From NCBI GenBank assembly GCA_022450395.1, contig JAKUQE010000013.1, positions 395 through 64,394 of the forward strand: a stretch of 64,000 bases of DNA, written 5' to 3'. This document shows, one piece after another, positions 21,560-31,149 of this stretch; the first letter of the stretch is position 1, and each line of letters begins with the position of its first letter. A program made the translations under genes and the position numbers. The notes beneath the pieces were generated by a model. That model was not told where the DNA came from and made no database searches. It saw only the letters and a list, made by a program, of their open reading frames with translations. The DNA is from Dehalococcoidia bacterium (lineage in GTDB: Bacteria; Chloroflexota; Dehalococcoidia; Lucifugimonadales; UBA3495).

Positions 21560-22582
21560 TTAATGCTCCTGGTGGCTCACTGCCACCGACAAGAATACCA
21601 AGGTGAGAGACGCGAATATGACGGCCTGAATCAATCCTACCAGCAACTCCAACCCGAAAACAAACTCCACGGCCACGAATGGAACCAGGAACGTTATCAT
21701 GACCACCAGAATCTCTCCGGCGGTCATGTTGCCGAAAAGCCGGAAGGTGAAGCTGACTATCCGGACAAATTCGCTGATCAACTCTAAAAAACCCACGAAG
21801 GCGTCGATTAAACCCGAAGGGCGGAGCCGCAACAGGCCACCTATGGCGAAGAACTTTTTAAAGTAGCCTAGCCCGTGCGACCTTATCCCCCAGTATTCGA
21901 CGAATACAAAGGAGATCAGGGCTAAGGCCAAAGGGAAGTTTAAATCTGTGCCAGCGGACCGAAGCAGATGGGCTTTGATCTCACCGTCCTTGGTGAATCC
22001 CAAGAATTGGTAAAAGGGCAGCAGCGCTAGCCAGGCGTTGAAAAGCACGAAGAAGAAGATCGTCGCCACAACCGGGAACGCCTTCCGTCCCATCTCCGGG
22101 CCCAGAACACTGCCGCAGAAATTCAAGGCCGCCTCGATGAGCGTCTCTACGAGGCTTTGAAACCGGCCCGGCACCAAGCTTTTCTTCCGGGAACCCAAAA
22201 CGAAGAAAAGAACCAACATCACGGTGGCGAACCATGCCGATAGCAAAGTGTTGGTTACGGCGAATTGCATTATAGGCAGGGGAGTGGAGTGGGCTTCTCC
22301 CTCTTGAGCTTCTTTTGCTGCGGTTCCCTCTTTGTGGTCCGCATCTTTTTGCGGCTCTTCCACGTGATCTTTGGCCGGAGTCAGCCCGAGGTGTCGGTCA
22401 CGAACCGACGCGGGGAACACCGGTTGTGGAGGGAGATGAATCTCCGGCCTGGGCACATAACCGTCGCCAAGGCCCAAGATCTTTTGACCTATGACGCCCA
22501 TTACGGCCCCGGCCAGCAAAAGGGCCAGGAGCCCTAATCCAGCCAACACGAAGAGGTTCCTGGCAGCGCTGCCCGATGGCAC
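21560..22582 (-). CDS. atpB: ATP synthase Fo subunit a with N-terminal extension
   Basis: SFTFRLFGNMTAGE and IQAVIFASLT motifs. Confidence 0.95.
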   Translation of the reverse strand: MPSGSAARNLFVLAGLGLLALLLAGAVMGVIGQKILGLGDGYVPRPEIHLPPQPVFPASVRDRHLGLTPAKDHVEEPQKDADHKEGTAAKEAQEGEAHSTPLPIMQFAVTNTLLSAWFATVMLVLFFVLGSRKKSLVPGRFQSLVETLIEAALNFCGSVLGPEMGRKAFPVVATIFFFVLFNAWLALLPFYQFLGFTKDGEIKAHLLRSAGTDLNFPLALALISFVFVEYWGIRSHGLGYFKKFFAIGGLLRLRPSGLIDAFVGFLELISEFVRIVSFTFRLFGNMTAGEILVVMITFLVPFVAVEFVFGLELLVGLIQAVIFASLTLVFLSVAVSHQEH

Positions 22583-22824
22583 TAACTATTACTCCCGTTA
22601 TCGTTTTTGCCTTGGCTCGCCGCCGCGTTCAAGAGGGGTTGGACCATTTTATAGAGTCCCCAAAACGCGACCACGGAACCCAACAGAATACCCAGCAACA
22701 TAAAGAGGGGTTTGGTTTCTAATAGCCCGTCTAGTGCAAGCCCGCCCACAATACCGAACACGATGCATAGGGCGACATACCAACCCAGGCCCGTGAGCCT
22801 TACAGCCAGGACCCACAGATTCAT
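22582..22824 (-). CDS. AtpZ/AtpI family protein
   Basis: Two TM helices with G..LD...TKP loop; first gene of the atp operon. Confidence 0.85.
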   Translation of the reverse strand: MNLWVLAVRLTGLGWYVALCIVFGIVGGLALDGLLETKPLFMLLGILLGSVVAFWGLYKMVQPLLNAAASQGKNDNGSNS

Positions 22825-22974
22825 CCTTGCCGCCGAGCCTGGTGAATGTTATCAGGATGCTTTTTAAAAGTCAATTGAGGCCCTCACTAGGGGATTCGAC
22901 GGCCGGGAAAACGGAAAACGGCCCTGGCGCTGATAACGCCGGGACCGTCCAATTTTTTTGGGGACTGGGGGACT

Positions 22975-23535
22975 TTACCTACCTGATTGCGACTTGCCGA
23001 AGTCCTCCAGGTCCAATGTGTCGATGAAGTCGGTGAAAGCGGACATGCGCCGTATGTCCTCTTCCTTCAATTCGACGGGCTTTTCATCCGAGGTCTGATC
23101 GCCTTCTCCAGGCATCAGTGGTTTGCCGGTTTCTTTGTCCAGAAGAATCCCCGCTTTGTCGAGCACCGATTCTTCGACGTAGATCGGTACCTGGGCGCGA
23201 ACGGCCAAGGCCACCGCATCGCTGGGCCGGCAGTCTATCTCCTGGGAAGTACCGTTGGATTTAAGTGAGATCTTGGCGAAGAAGGTGTCGTTCTGGAGGT
23301 CATTTACCAAAATGTGCTGGACGGAAGCGCCCAGGATGTCAATCACAGTGCGTAACAGGTCGTGGGTCAATGGGCGGGGAACGCTCAAGTCTTGCAGTTT
23401 GACGGCGATGGCGTCAGCTTCCGCCGGCCCGATCCAAATAGGCAAGTAGCGGTCCGAGTCTTTTTCCTTGAGGATTACAACCCGCTGGTAGTTCATCGGG
23501 CTGACCCGGATGCTATCGATGGTCATCTCAAGCAT
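22975..23535 (-). CDS. Bifunctional nuclease family (DUF151) protein
   Basis: LPIWIGPAEA, RPLTHDL, DCRPSDAVALA. Confidence 0.93.
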   Translation of the reverse strand: MLEMTIDSIRVSPMNYQRVVILKEKDSDRYLPIWIGPAEADAIAVKLQDLSVPRPLTHDLLRTVIDILGASVQHILVNDLQNDTFFAKISLKSNGTSQEIDCRPSDAVALAVRAQVPIYVEESVLDKAGILLDKETGKPLMPGEGDQTSDEKPVELKEEDIRRMSAFTDFIDTLDLEDFGKSQSGR

Positions 23536-23864
23536 TAAAGCTGCCTCCGCTTATCACCCTGTACGCCTAAGGATTGTATTCCTTGGCCAAATTCAATGTC
23601 AACCCAAATAGACCCAGTTTACGTCCGTTTGCCACCGCTGGGGACCTCGCCTATCCCCCGTCCGGACTCCGGTGTCGCGTTTCGTATCGGCGAATCTGTC
23701 GTTCCACAAAACCAACGAGTGGTTGCGTCTCTGAGCGAGGTTGCGGCAACTCATATAACGCCTCGAGTGTATAATTGCCAATCAATCGATAGTAAGTAGG
23801 TAATCACCCCTATTGAATGGCGTCTGACGCCGGTAGCGGCTACGTTGGTCTCCGGAGGCTCTGG

Positions 23865-26321
23865 ATGGATGGATTAGACAAGTATCGGGTTCCCTGGCAA
23901 GAAACACGCTGGACCTGCCAAACGGAGGATTTCAACTTTCAGTGCACCGATGAGTTGATGCCTCTTGACCGCTTCATTGGGCAAGACCGGGCGCTGGCTG
24001 CGATACGGTTCGGTCTGGAGGTGGACAAACCCGGTTACAACTTATTTGTGACCGGATTGACCGGTACCGGCAAAACCAGCGCGATAAAAGCCCACTTGGA
24101 AGGGATCATCGAAGATATGGAACGACAGGAGCGAAGTAAGCCACCCTCTGATTGGTGCTACGCTTACAACTTTGACGATCCAGACCGGCCCTTTGCTCTT
24201 AGCCTACCGGCGGGTGAGGGGAAATCTTTGCGTTCCCGGATGACCTATATCTTGGCCCTGCTTCGAGAGGAGATGCCCAAGGTATTCAAGAGCGAGCAAT
24301 TCGAAGCCGAGCGCCGGGAGATGGAGGAAAAAGGGCGTTTGACCACCCAGGAAATCATGAGCGCGTTGGAACAGGATGCCCGAGATCGAGGGTTCGCAAT
24401 TCAGGTCAATCAGACGGGCGTGACTATTTTCCCCATGGTGGAAAACCGGGCCATGTCTCCGGAGGAATATCAGGATCTTGAAGAGGAGCGACGAAAATCG
24501 ATCGACGAGATTCGCAACCAGTTGATGCAGCAGACCCAGGAAACGATGGCCAAAGTTCGAGAGGCGGAGAAAGAATCCTGGGACTTGATTCGCGACCATG
24601 AACGGTCGGCGGCCGAACACCGCGTTACAGATATCTTCCGTCCGACGGTCAATACTTACCGGGACGTTCCTGAAGTAAACCACTACCTTGGCCACCTGGC
24701 CGAAAAAGTGTTGGACAATCTGGATCTGTTCAAGGAAGAGGAGCCGGGCGCCGCACAATCCGCATCCCCCTCGGCCTCCGGTCCGCCTGCCGGACCGGGA
24801 AACGCGAATCCCTTCCTCGCCTTTGACATCAATCTCCTAGTGGACAACAGCAACGTGGGCAAAGCGCCTATTGTTATCGAACCTAATCCCAACTGGGGAA
24901 ACCTGTTCGGCCGCATCGAACGCCGCGCCTCCATGGGCACGTATTTCAGCGACCACACAATGCTGAAACCGGGTTCGGTCCATCAAGCCAACGGGGGCTA
25001 CCTGGTTTTAAACGCTCGAGACGTGTTGGGTTCGCCCCCGGTATGGGAGGGTTTGAAACGGGTCATTCGCAACCGGGAGATCCGTTTGGAAGACCCGGCT
25101 GAGCAGAGCGGGTTTTTCGTGCCCCAAGGGCTGCGCCCGGAGCCGATCCCGCTGGACATAAAGGTGATAATCACCGGTGATGAGTCTACCTACCGCCTCC
25201 TTACAACGATGGACAATGAAGACTTTTGGGATCTGTTCAAAGTAAAGGCCGAGTTCGACAACAAAGTCGACATCACGCCGGACAACGTCGATGCATATTG
25301 TGCCTTCATCTGCCGGACTTGCGAAGACGAAGGGCTTCGGGCCTTCGGCTCCGATGGCGCGGCCAAGGTGATCGAACATGCGGCCCGAATGGTGTCCGAC
25401 CAGAAAAAGCTCTCGACCCGTTTTGGCCAGATCAAAGACCTGCTGATCGAAGCGGATTACTGGGCCGGTCAGGATTCTAGTTCCTTGGTGCTGGGTAAAC
25501 ACGTGGAGCAAGCGTTGATACAAAAGGTCCACCGGTTGAATCAGGTGGAGGAAAGAGTTCAGGAGATGGTGGAGGATGGGTCGTTGCTGCTGGATTTCAC
25601 CGGCTCCGTGGTGGGTCAAGTGAACGGGCTGGCGGTTTATGACTTGGGCGACTTCAGTTTCGGCCGCCCGTCGCGTATCACCGCTCAAACCTACGCCGGA
25701 AGGGATGGGATGATTAACATCGAACGGGAAGCGTCCCTCAGTGGCCGCACCCACGACAAGGGCGTGCTGATCCTGAGCGGCTATTTGGGCGCCAAGTTTG
25801 GTCAAGAAAGACCATTGACACTATCCACCAGCCTCTGCTTCGAGCAGTCCTACGACGGGATTGACGGAGATAGCGCTTCCTCCACCGAGTTGTACGCCAT
25901 CATGTCTAGCCTGTCCGGTCTGCCGCTGAAGCAGAACATAGCCGTTACCGGGTCGGTGAATCAGAAAGGGGAGATACAGCCCATCGGCGGAGTCAATCAA
26001 AAAGTGGAAGGCATGTATGACGTTTGCCGGATCGCCGGATTGACCGGGGACCAAGGGGTAATGGTGCCACACCAGAACCTGCGAAACCTCATGCTGCGGT
26101 CCGACGTGGTCCAGGCGATCAAAGAGGGCCGGTTCCACATATACTCCGTTAAAACCATCGACGAAGGATTGGAGATCCTGACCGGATGTCCAGCCGGCGA
26201 GCGTGGTCCGGATGGCGCGTTTCCCGAGGGGACCGTGAATTCCCTGGTGGAGAAAAGGCTGGGAGAGCTGAACCGTTCTATGCGGGGTTACTACGAGGGA
26301 TTGCTGGCGCCATTAAACTAG
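23865..26321 (+). CDS. Lon-like (LonC/AAA_32) ATP-dependent protease
   Basis: IGQDRA, GLTGTGKT, Ser-Lys dyad DGDSASS...GGVNQK; GGAGG SD favours ATG 23865. Confidence 0.9.
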   Translation: MDGLDKYRVPWQETRWTCQTEDFNFQCTDELMPLDRFIGQDRALAAIRFGLEVDKPGYNLFVTGLTGTGKTSAIKAHLEGIIEDMERQERSKPPSDWCYAYNFDDPDRPFALSLPAGEGKSLRSRMTYILALLREEMPKVFKSEQFEAERREMEEKGRLTTQEIMSALEQDARDRGFAIQVNQTGVTIFPMVENRAMSPEEYQDLEEERRKSIDEIRNQLMQQTQETMAKVREAEKESWDLIRDHERSAAEHRVTDIFRPTVNTYRDVPEVNHYLGHLAEKVLDNLDLFKEEEPGAAQSASPSASGPPAGPGNANPFLAFDINLLVDNSNVGKAPIVIEPNPNWGNLFGRIERRASMGTYFSDHTMLKPGSVHQANGGYLVLNARDVLGSPPVWEGLKRVIRNREIRLEDPAEQSGFFVPQGLRPEPIPLDIKVIITGDESTYRLLTTMDNEDFWDLFKVKAEFDNKVDITPDNVDAYCAFICRTCEDEGLRAFGSDGAAKVIEHAARMVSDQKKLSTRFGQIKDLLIEADYWAGQDSSSLVLGKHVEQALIQKVHRLNQVEERVQEMVEDGSLLLDFTGSVVGQVNGLAVYDLGDFSFGRPSRITAQTYAGRDGMINIEREASLSGRTHDKGVLILSGYLGAKFGQERPLTLSTSLCFEQSYDGIDGDSASSTELYAIMSSLSGLPLKQNIAVTGSVNQKGEIQPIGGVNQKVEGMYDVCRIAGLTGDQGVMVPHQNLRNLMLRSDVVQAIKEGRFHIYSVKTIDEGLEILTGCPAGERGPDGAFPEGTVNSLVEKRLGELNRSMRGYYEGLLAPLN

Positions 26322-26467
26322 GGCGCCGCAAGCGCGGCGCCTCCATCAGGTTTGACTATCCTAAAGGCGTAATCAAAACCCCCAAGGCTGACCGGCCTAG
26401 CCGGGTAGTACCTTGGGGGATTGTAGCGGCGGATAGCTTGATGCTGGATGTCCTGCCGGGGTTTGAT

Positions 26468-26980
26468 CTAACCTGCGGTGTGGTAGCCGTTGGCGCCGAC
26501 TACGGTCTCCTCGGCCAGCATGTCTATGCCTTTCCGTACCGACTCGGTGATGTTATTTAACTGGCGTTCCAGAGCACGGAGACTGTGCAGGGCATAGGCG
26601 TCGGCATCGACCAAACGTGACTTGGCATCGTTCTCTGTCTGCTTGATGATGCGGTTTGCCCGTTCCTCAGCCTCCGACAGGGTTTCGGTGGCCCGCTTCT
26701 GAGCTATTTCGGTAATCTCATTCTGGTCCAGGCGTTCCCGGTAGTCATCCTCGGCCTGGGCCTTGGTTCGCCTGGCGTCTAGATTGGCTTGGTTGATGAT
26801 GTGGTCTTTCTGAGAAAGAACCTCGGCGGCCGACTTAACCTCTTGGGGTATAGCTAGGCGCAACTGGTCGACCAGCTCCATTATTTTCTTCTTATCGACA
26901 AGGACGTTACCACTAACGGGCACGGCCTTGCTGGTATCGAGTAAGGTCTCCAATCGGTCAATAACGTTTATGATATCTAT
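26468..26980 (-). CDS. Coiled-coil protein conserved downstream of coaD; probable ATA start
   Basis: Frame extends to AGGAGG-acatc-ATA GAT ATC ATA AAC GTT ATT GAC CGA TTG GAG; ELVDQLRLAIPQEV motif. Confidence 0.75.
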   Translation of the reverse strand: MDIINVIDRLETLLDTSKAVPVSGNVLVDKKKIMELVDQLRLAIPQEVKSAAEVLSQKDHIINQANLDARRTKAQAEDDYRERLDQNEITEIAQKRATETLSEAEERANRIIKQTENDAKSRLVDADAYALHSLRALERQLNNITESVRKGIDMLAEETVVGANGYHTAG

Positions 26981-26998
26981 GATGTCCTCCTTGCCCGG

Positions 26999-27493
26999 TC
27001 AACTATTTTCCGTGACCGGCAATCCAAATTTGGCTTGAACAGCCTCGTTGACGTGCGGGGGCACCATGCCGGTGATATCTCCCCCCAGCTTAGCTACCTC
27101 TTTGATCAGGCTTGAACTAAGAAACATGTAGTCTTGGGAGGTCATGAAGGTAACCAAGTCTATATCCGGGGCCAGTTTGCGATTCATAAAGGCCATGTCG
27201 AATTCATACTCGAAGTCTGACCCACTGCGCAATCCCCTGACTATGACGTTGGCGCCGGCCTCCCGGGCGAATCTCACCACTAATCCTTCGAATCCCCTCA
27301 CCTCCACGTTGGGCAGTCCCTCCAAGGATTTGGCAAATAGGCTGATCCTTTCTTCGGCGTCGAATAGCAACGACTTGGATGGCGTGGCATAGACGCCGAC
27401 TATTACTTTGTCAAAGAGCGCTGAGGCACGCTTGGCTATGTCCACGTGTCCCAGAGTTACTGGGTCGAAGCTTCCTGGATAAACGGCAGTCAC
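26999..27493 (-). CDS. coaD: Phosphopantetheine adenylyltransferase
   Basis: YPGSFDPVTLGHVDI, RGLR..SDFEYE, SSSLIKEVA. Confidence 0.97.
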   Translation of the reverse strand: MTAVYPGSFDPVTLGHVDIAKRASALFDKVIVGVYATPSKSLLFDAEERISLFAKSLEGLPNVEVRGFEGLVVRFAREAGANVIVRGLRSGSDFEYEFDMAFMNRKLAPDIDLVTFMTSQDYMFLSSSLIKEVAKLGGDITGMVPPHVNEAVQAKFGLPVTENS

Positions 27494-28050
27494 TCTGATT
27501 CGACCTCGTTACGATAAAAGTCCACGGCGTTATCCCCATATCGGCGTTGGGAAACCCTCCGCAGCGAGCCATGACTCGATTGCAACTCCAGATGTCTGGA
27601 GTGACCCGCCACCACCATTCCCCCTTGAGCTACTAGATCAGGAGTTGAGGCCATCGCTTCCAACACCTCGTCCATCTCTTGCAATTTGTATGGAGGATCC
27701 AAGAGAACCACTTGATAAGGGCCCTCCAGATTTCCCAGAGTCTGCAAGACCGCTCCAGTGCGGACCCTGGCCTGGGCACTGAACCCCGTGGTTTTTAGAT
27801 TTGCCTGGATGACGGCGCATTGCCGCCGGTCTAGGTCCACGAAATCTGCCCATCCCGCCCCCTGACTGAGGGCTTCTATCCCCAGACTCCCGGTACCGGC
27901 GTACAGGTCTAGCACCCGTGCGTCCCGGTATAGGCTGGCTTGGAGAATGTTAAAGATGGCCGCTCTCACACGTGCCGTGGTAGGCCGGACCTCGGAAGAC
28001 ACCGCCCCTTTCAGCAGGCGTCCCTTGGCTTTACCGGCTGCCACACGCAT
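27490..28050 (-). CDS. rsmD: 16S rRNA m2G966 methyltransferase
   Basis: MRVAAG..KGR, RPT, LDLYAGTGSLGIEALS, DPPY. Confidence 0.93.
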   Translation of the reverse strand: MRVAAGKAKGRLLKGAVSSEVRPTTARVRAAIFNILQASLYRDARVLDLYAGTGSLGIEALSQGAGWADFVDLDRRQCAVIQANLKTTGFSAQARVRTGAVLQTLGNLEGPYQVVLLDPPYKLQEMDEVLEAMASTPDLVAQGGMVVAGHSRHLELQSSHGSLRRVSQRRYGDNAVDFYRNEVESE

Positions 28051-28656
28051 AATATTGCTTCGCGGGAATTTCTTGGTCACAATTTAAGCATAATGTCAAG
28101 AAAAATCACTCGTGGCGAACTGCCCGGTTTTGAGCAATTTCCGGGCACTAGGATTCAGCCGAACGCTCCGATATCAACTATCCTACACCATCGGGAGTGT
28201 GAATCGGCGGGAAGTGGGCACACTTAAATCGCCGGGTGGATATCTTACGGATAATTCGGCCGGGAGGATGCCTCAGGCGGACTCTGCCGGAAAATCGCGA
28301 CCGGAGATCGCTGTGTAATTCTCTAACACGTTTCATACATAACTCACCGGCAACGTTAATTTCCCCCTGTGATAATCGCTCTTGAGAGACTGCGGACACC
28401 CGGCCCCGCCGCGGCTTCCGATTCTCCGTGAAAGCCTCACCGATGGGCAGGATCCGGTGCGCCCGATTCGGTTAGGGTGTTGGCGTCAACTATCCCGCAG
28501 GTTCATGCTCGTTCGCTGCCGGCGAATCCCACGCTTGACTACCGGCTGAATTCTGTTGCTATAATGATTCGGGAATCAGAGCGTCGCGATATCGAATGCT
28601 GGCCAACCCCGGTTCAGCCTCCCGAAATCCATAATTTTTAAGAGGTAAATGTATCA

Positions 28657-29778
28657 ATGATTAAGCGCAGATATATTGTGGCACTGGCAGCTGTTTTATT
28701 GCTCTTGGTGGCCGCTTGTACACGTGAAGTAGAGGTTATCAAAGAGGTAGAGGTTATCAAAGAGGTGGAGGTTATCAAAGAGGTGGAGGTGGAAAAGTCC
28801 AAGACCAGCCGCCTGGACACTGTTAAGAAGCGGGGCAAGCTCATCTGCGCCAGCCGCAACGACGTTCCGGGTTACGGTTCCTTGGATGCGTCCGGCAACA
28901 ACGTGGGCTTTGACATAGACCTCTGCCGCGCGGTTGCCTCCGCGGTCTTGGGCGATCCTAAAGCCATCGAGATCCGCTATATCTCGGCATCCGAACGCGG
29001 GCCGACCATCCAGTCGGGCGAAGTGGATCTGCTGGTCCGCACCGTTACCTGGACAACTTCTCGCGACTCCCAATGGGGCAACTACGTCCAGACCATGTTC
29101 TATGACGGACAGGGGTTCATGGTCAATAAGGCCTTGGGTATATCCAGCGCTCTGGAGCTTAAGGACGCCGTGGTCTGTGTCACCCAGGGCACCACGACGG
29201 AGCTGAACCTGCAGGACTTCTCCAATCAAAACAATCTCAACATCTCGGCGCTGACGTTTGAAGATACCGATGCGGTGGTAGCTGCCTACCAGAGCGGCCA
29301 GTGTGATGCCTTCACCAATGACCGCTCGCAGCTCGCGGCTTTGGGTAGCGCCTTCGACAAGCGGGACGACCACATCATTCTCCCGGAAACCATCTCTGAA
29401 GAGCCTCTAGGTCCGGTCGTTCCCCACGGTGATGATCAATGGTTCGACGTCGTAAAAACGGTAATGGCCGTGCTCATCTACGGTGAGGCCTATGGCATAA
29501 CCTCAGGCAGCGTACCCTCCTCCGCTACGGGCGACACCAAGGTCGACCGTCTGCTGGGGATCGAGGGTTCATATGGTCAGGAGAGCTTGGGCATCAGCCA
29601 GACAGCGGCCCAAGACATCCTACGGGCCGTTGGCAACTACGGCGAGATCTACGACCGCAACCTGGGCCCGGGCGGCATCAACTTACCCAGGGAAAATGGA
29701 CGTAACGCCTTGTGGGCCGACGCGACTTGCACCGACTGCCCCAAGGGTGGGCAGATCTACGCCGCGCCCCTGAGGTAG
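28657..29778 (+). CDS. General L-amino acid ABC transporter substrate-binding lipoprotein (AapJ/BztA-like)
   Basis: Lipobox VAAC, GFDIDLCRAVA, FYDGQGFMV, ISEEPLGP, VGNYGEIY. Confidence 0.92.
   Translation: MIKRRYIVALAAVLLLLVAACTREVEVIKEVEVIKEVEVIKEVEVEKSKTSRLDTVKKRGKLICASRNDVPGYGSLDASGNNVGFDIDLCRAVASAVLGDPKAIEIRYISASERGPTIQSGEVDLLVRTVTWTTSRDSQWGNYVQTMFYDGQGFMVNKALGISSALELKDAVVCVTQGTTTELNLQDFSNQNNLNISALTFEDTDAVVAAYQSGQCDAFTNDRSQLAALGSAFDKRDDHIILPETISEEPLGPVVPHGDDQWFDVVKTVMAVLIYGEAYGITSGSVPSSATGDTKVDRLLGIEGSYGQESLGISQTAAQDILRAVGNYGEIYDRNLGPGGINLPRENGRNALWADATCTDCPKGGQIYAAPLR
28726..28797 (+). repeat. 18-nt tandem repeat, about 4 copies, encoding EVEVIK
   Basis: GARGTRGAGGTTATCAAA repeated directly after the lipobox. 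Confidence 0.9.
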
Positions 29779-29821
29779 TGACTTTCGGGTAGTTAGGATC
29801 GATTCAATTCAGGATAAGTAC

Positions 29822-29854
29822 AAGGGGCGGCTGGCGCATTGCTGGCCGCCCCTT
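29822..29854 (+). terminator. Intercistronic stem-loop after the SBP gene
   Basis: AAGGGGCGGCTGGC...GCTGGCCGCCCCTT inverted repeat. Confidence 0.55.
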
Positions 29855-29940
29855 ATAGTTGATGCCGAACATTCCCAATGCGAACCTTCGGCGATGCGCT
29901 AGAATAAACCGACGTTTCAGAGGAGTTTCGCCTGGCGATT

Positions 29941-31146
29941 ATGGCAACAATTCTGCGAAATCTAACCTACCAAGGTATTCCGATCTGGCGGAATATCTTC
30001 GTGATCCAATGGGCTTCGCAGATCTTGTCCGGCGTTCTAGTCGTGGTATTGGTCGGCTGGTTCTTCGTCAACATCGGCAATGCGATACAAGAACGGGACA
30101 TACCCTACGGTTTCAGCTTTCTGTCACGGGCATATCAAACTCCCATCGGTCAGCATTTTTTGGCCTATAAATCCTCAGACAGTTTTCTCTACGCCTTCGT
30201 TGTCGCGGCCACCAACACCATAGTAGTCTCCATCGTCGGGGTGATTCTGGCGACGGTGCTGGGAATTATCGTAGGAATCTCCCGCATGTCGGGCAACTGG
30301 ATCGTTTCCAAAGCGGCGTTGGTGTACATCGAGTTCTTCCGCAACGTCCCCTTGTTGCTGCACCTATTTTTCTGGTTCTATATCGTCCTCGCGCTGCCGC
30401 CGGTTCGGCAAGGATACGTTATCGCCCAGAGGCTCTACATAAATAACGGAGGCGTGTCGTTTCCCTCGCCGTCCCCCACCAACGGCGGTTTGGCGGCAAC
30501 GTGGGTTTTGGCAGCGGTCGTGGCCGTTATCATCGGTTGGGTGATCCGCCGCTGGTTGGCCCGGCGGGAGCGAGATACGGGCGTGGCTTCCTATCCGCTG
30601 GCGGCGGGATGCGCGGCCGCTGTAGTTGTCGGCGCCGCTGCATGGCTGATCCTAAGCGCTGCGGGTGGGGCAGCCCCTTTCGTCATTTCGCAACCGGAGC
30701 CTCACGGAACTTTCGGCCGAATTGCCGGGGGATTCACCGTCCCGGGCGGGCTGATAGCCCTGCTGATAGGACTGGTCACATATACGTCGTCCTTCATCGC
30801 CGAAATCGTCCGGGCCGGTGTCCAGTCGGTCGGCCGTGGGCAGACGGAGGCCTCGCGTGCTGTCGGACTGTCGGCGATGAGTACCCTGCGCGATATAACA
30901 TTTCCCCAGGCGCTACGGGTCATCGTACCCCCGCTGATCAGCCAATGCTTAAACCTCACGAAAAACAGTAGCCTGGCCGGCGCCATCGGGTATTCAGACC
31001 TGACGAATGTGGCCAAAACGATGACTCAGACCGCTCCGGCAGTGTCCATATTCATCCTGATTATGGCGGCTTATCTCGCGATGAGCCTGACTTTCTCTTT
31101 GATCGGCAACCTGTATAACCGGCACAGCCGGTTCACCGCGAGCTGA
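29941..31146 (+). CDS. Amino acid ABC transporter permease (AapQ-like)
   Basis: FRNVPLLL, AEIVRAG...GQTEAS, NLTKNSSLA. Confidence 0.92.
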   Translation: MATILRNLTYQGIPIWRNIFVIQWASQILSGVLVVVLVGWFFVNIGNAIQERDIPYGFSFLSRAYQTPIGQHFLAYKSSDSFLYAFVVAATNTIVVSIVGVILATVLGIIVGISRMSGNWIVSKAALVYIEFFRNVPLLLHLFFWFYIVLALPPVRQGYVIAQRLYINNGGVSFPSPSPTNGGLAATWVLAAVVAVIIGWVIRRWLARRERDTGVASYPLAAGCAAAVVVGAAAWLILSAAGGAAPFVISQPEPHGTFGRIAGGFTVPGGLIALLIGLVTYTSSFIAEIVRAGVQSVGRGQTEASRAVGLSAMSTLRDITFPQALRVIVPPLISQCLNLTKNSSLAGAIGYSDLTNVAKTMTQTAPAVSIFILIMAAYLAMSLTFSLIGNLYNRHSRFTAS

Positions 31147-31149
31147 AGG

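Noticed and set aside
28080-28640. Long divergent intergenic region as a riboswitch or ncRNA
   Set aside because: No RNA family recognised by eye; only an extended -10 (TGCTATAAT, 28557-28565). An Rfam scan is needed to exclude one.
28726-28797. Tandem repeats as a possible CRISPR array
   Set aside because: No spacers, in-frame coding repeat, no cas genes in the window.
28638-28859. Minus-strand ORF with STSLIT repeats
   Set aside because: Antisense shadow of the EVEVIK repeat in the SBP gene.
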